NCBI GenBank assembly: GCA_040235515.1
Contig: JBECKX010000109.1
Location: 1-15,719 of the forward strand
DNA length: 15,719 bases
Reading direction: 5' to 3'
Origin: Candidatus Zixiibacteriota bacterium
GTDB lineage: Bacteria > Zixibacteria > MSB-5A5 > CAIYYT01
Under the pieces are notes generated by a model. The model ran no database searches and was not told where the DNA came from. It saw only the letters and a list, made by a program, of their open reading frames with translations. Both the position numbers and the translations under genes were made by a program. Positions 15,394 through 15,719 of this stretch are shown piece by piece. The number at the start of each line of letters is the position of its first letter. Position 1 is the first letter of the stretch.

Positions 15394-15421
15394 CCTGCAC
15401 GAGAAACACTACCAGCTCTTC

Positions 15422-15719
15422 CTACCGCCGGAATCCTATCAGGAAGAGGAAGGCCTGGTTGTCAATCGACTTCAAGTATCCGTCACTCGGATTAGGGTCA
15501 AGGATGCCTTCGTGCAGACTGGTGAAATCATACTGGTACTGCAATTCGAGGAAGATCTTGCCGAGGGTCTGCAATCCAAGCTCCTGCCCAACTCCCACGG
15601 TCAAACCAAGTACAGGTGAATTGAGCCCATCTTCAAACGCCGTCGGGAAGATGTCGAGCTCGTCATCGACACCGAGCTTGAAGTCCACGCGCGGACCCGC
15701 CACCAGGTAAGTACCGGAC
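15422..15719 (-). CDS. 3' part of an outer-membrane beta-barrel (porin family-like) protein, start outside the window
   Basis: Frame is open to the window edge; alternating amphipathic strands (LGLTVGVGQEL, IFLELQYQYDF) and a terminal strand FLFLIGF. Confidence 0.65.
   Translation of the reverse strand, partial: SGTYLVAGPRVDFKLGVDDELDIFPTAFEDGLNSPVLGLTVGVGQELGLQTLGKIFLELQYQYDFTSLHEGILDPNPSDGYLKSIDNQAFLFLIGFRR

Noticed and set aside
15058..15710. Short ORFs 15058-15258, 15102-15299, 15160-15342, 15324-15710 and 15353-15619
   Set aside because: They run through palindromic repeats or lie antisense to the beta-barrel gene and have no protein-like motifs.

Overview
Bacterial, moderately GC-rich chromosomal window, probably from a diderm (LpxH-like gene, outer-membrane beta-barrel fragment). 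It holds 12 complete CDSs and one partial CDS. On + are rlmD, a DUF885 protein, an SbcD/YhaO-like and SMC/YhaN-like coupled pair, a HIT hydrolase coupled to a tandem-HTH/LeuC-like fusion, a small very basic HTH protein, a Wzx-like flippase, a probable NAD-dependent isocitrate dehydrogenase and a TPR protein. On - are an LpxH-like phosphoesterase, a BtrH-like protein and the beta-barrel 3' end. A cluster of palindromic REP-like elements lies near the right end. No rRNA, tRNA, CRISPR array or transposase was seen. The strongest signals are two intact ORFs that look like pseudoenzymes: (1) a two-HTH protein fused to a LeuC/HacA (aconitase family) domain lacking the Fe-S cysteines and active-site motifs, a candidate new regulator type; (2) an SbcD/Mre11-like protein with nearly all metal ligands replaced, coupled to an SMC-like ATPase with a mid-coil transmembrane hairpin and no switch histidine. 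All assignments come from reading motifs by eye; no database search was run.
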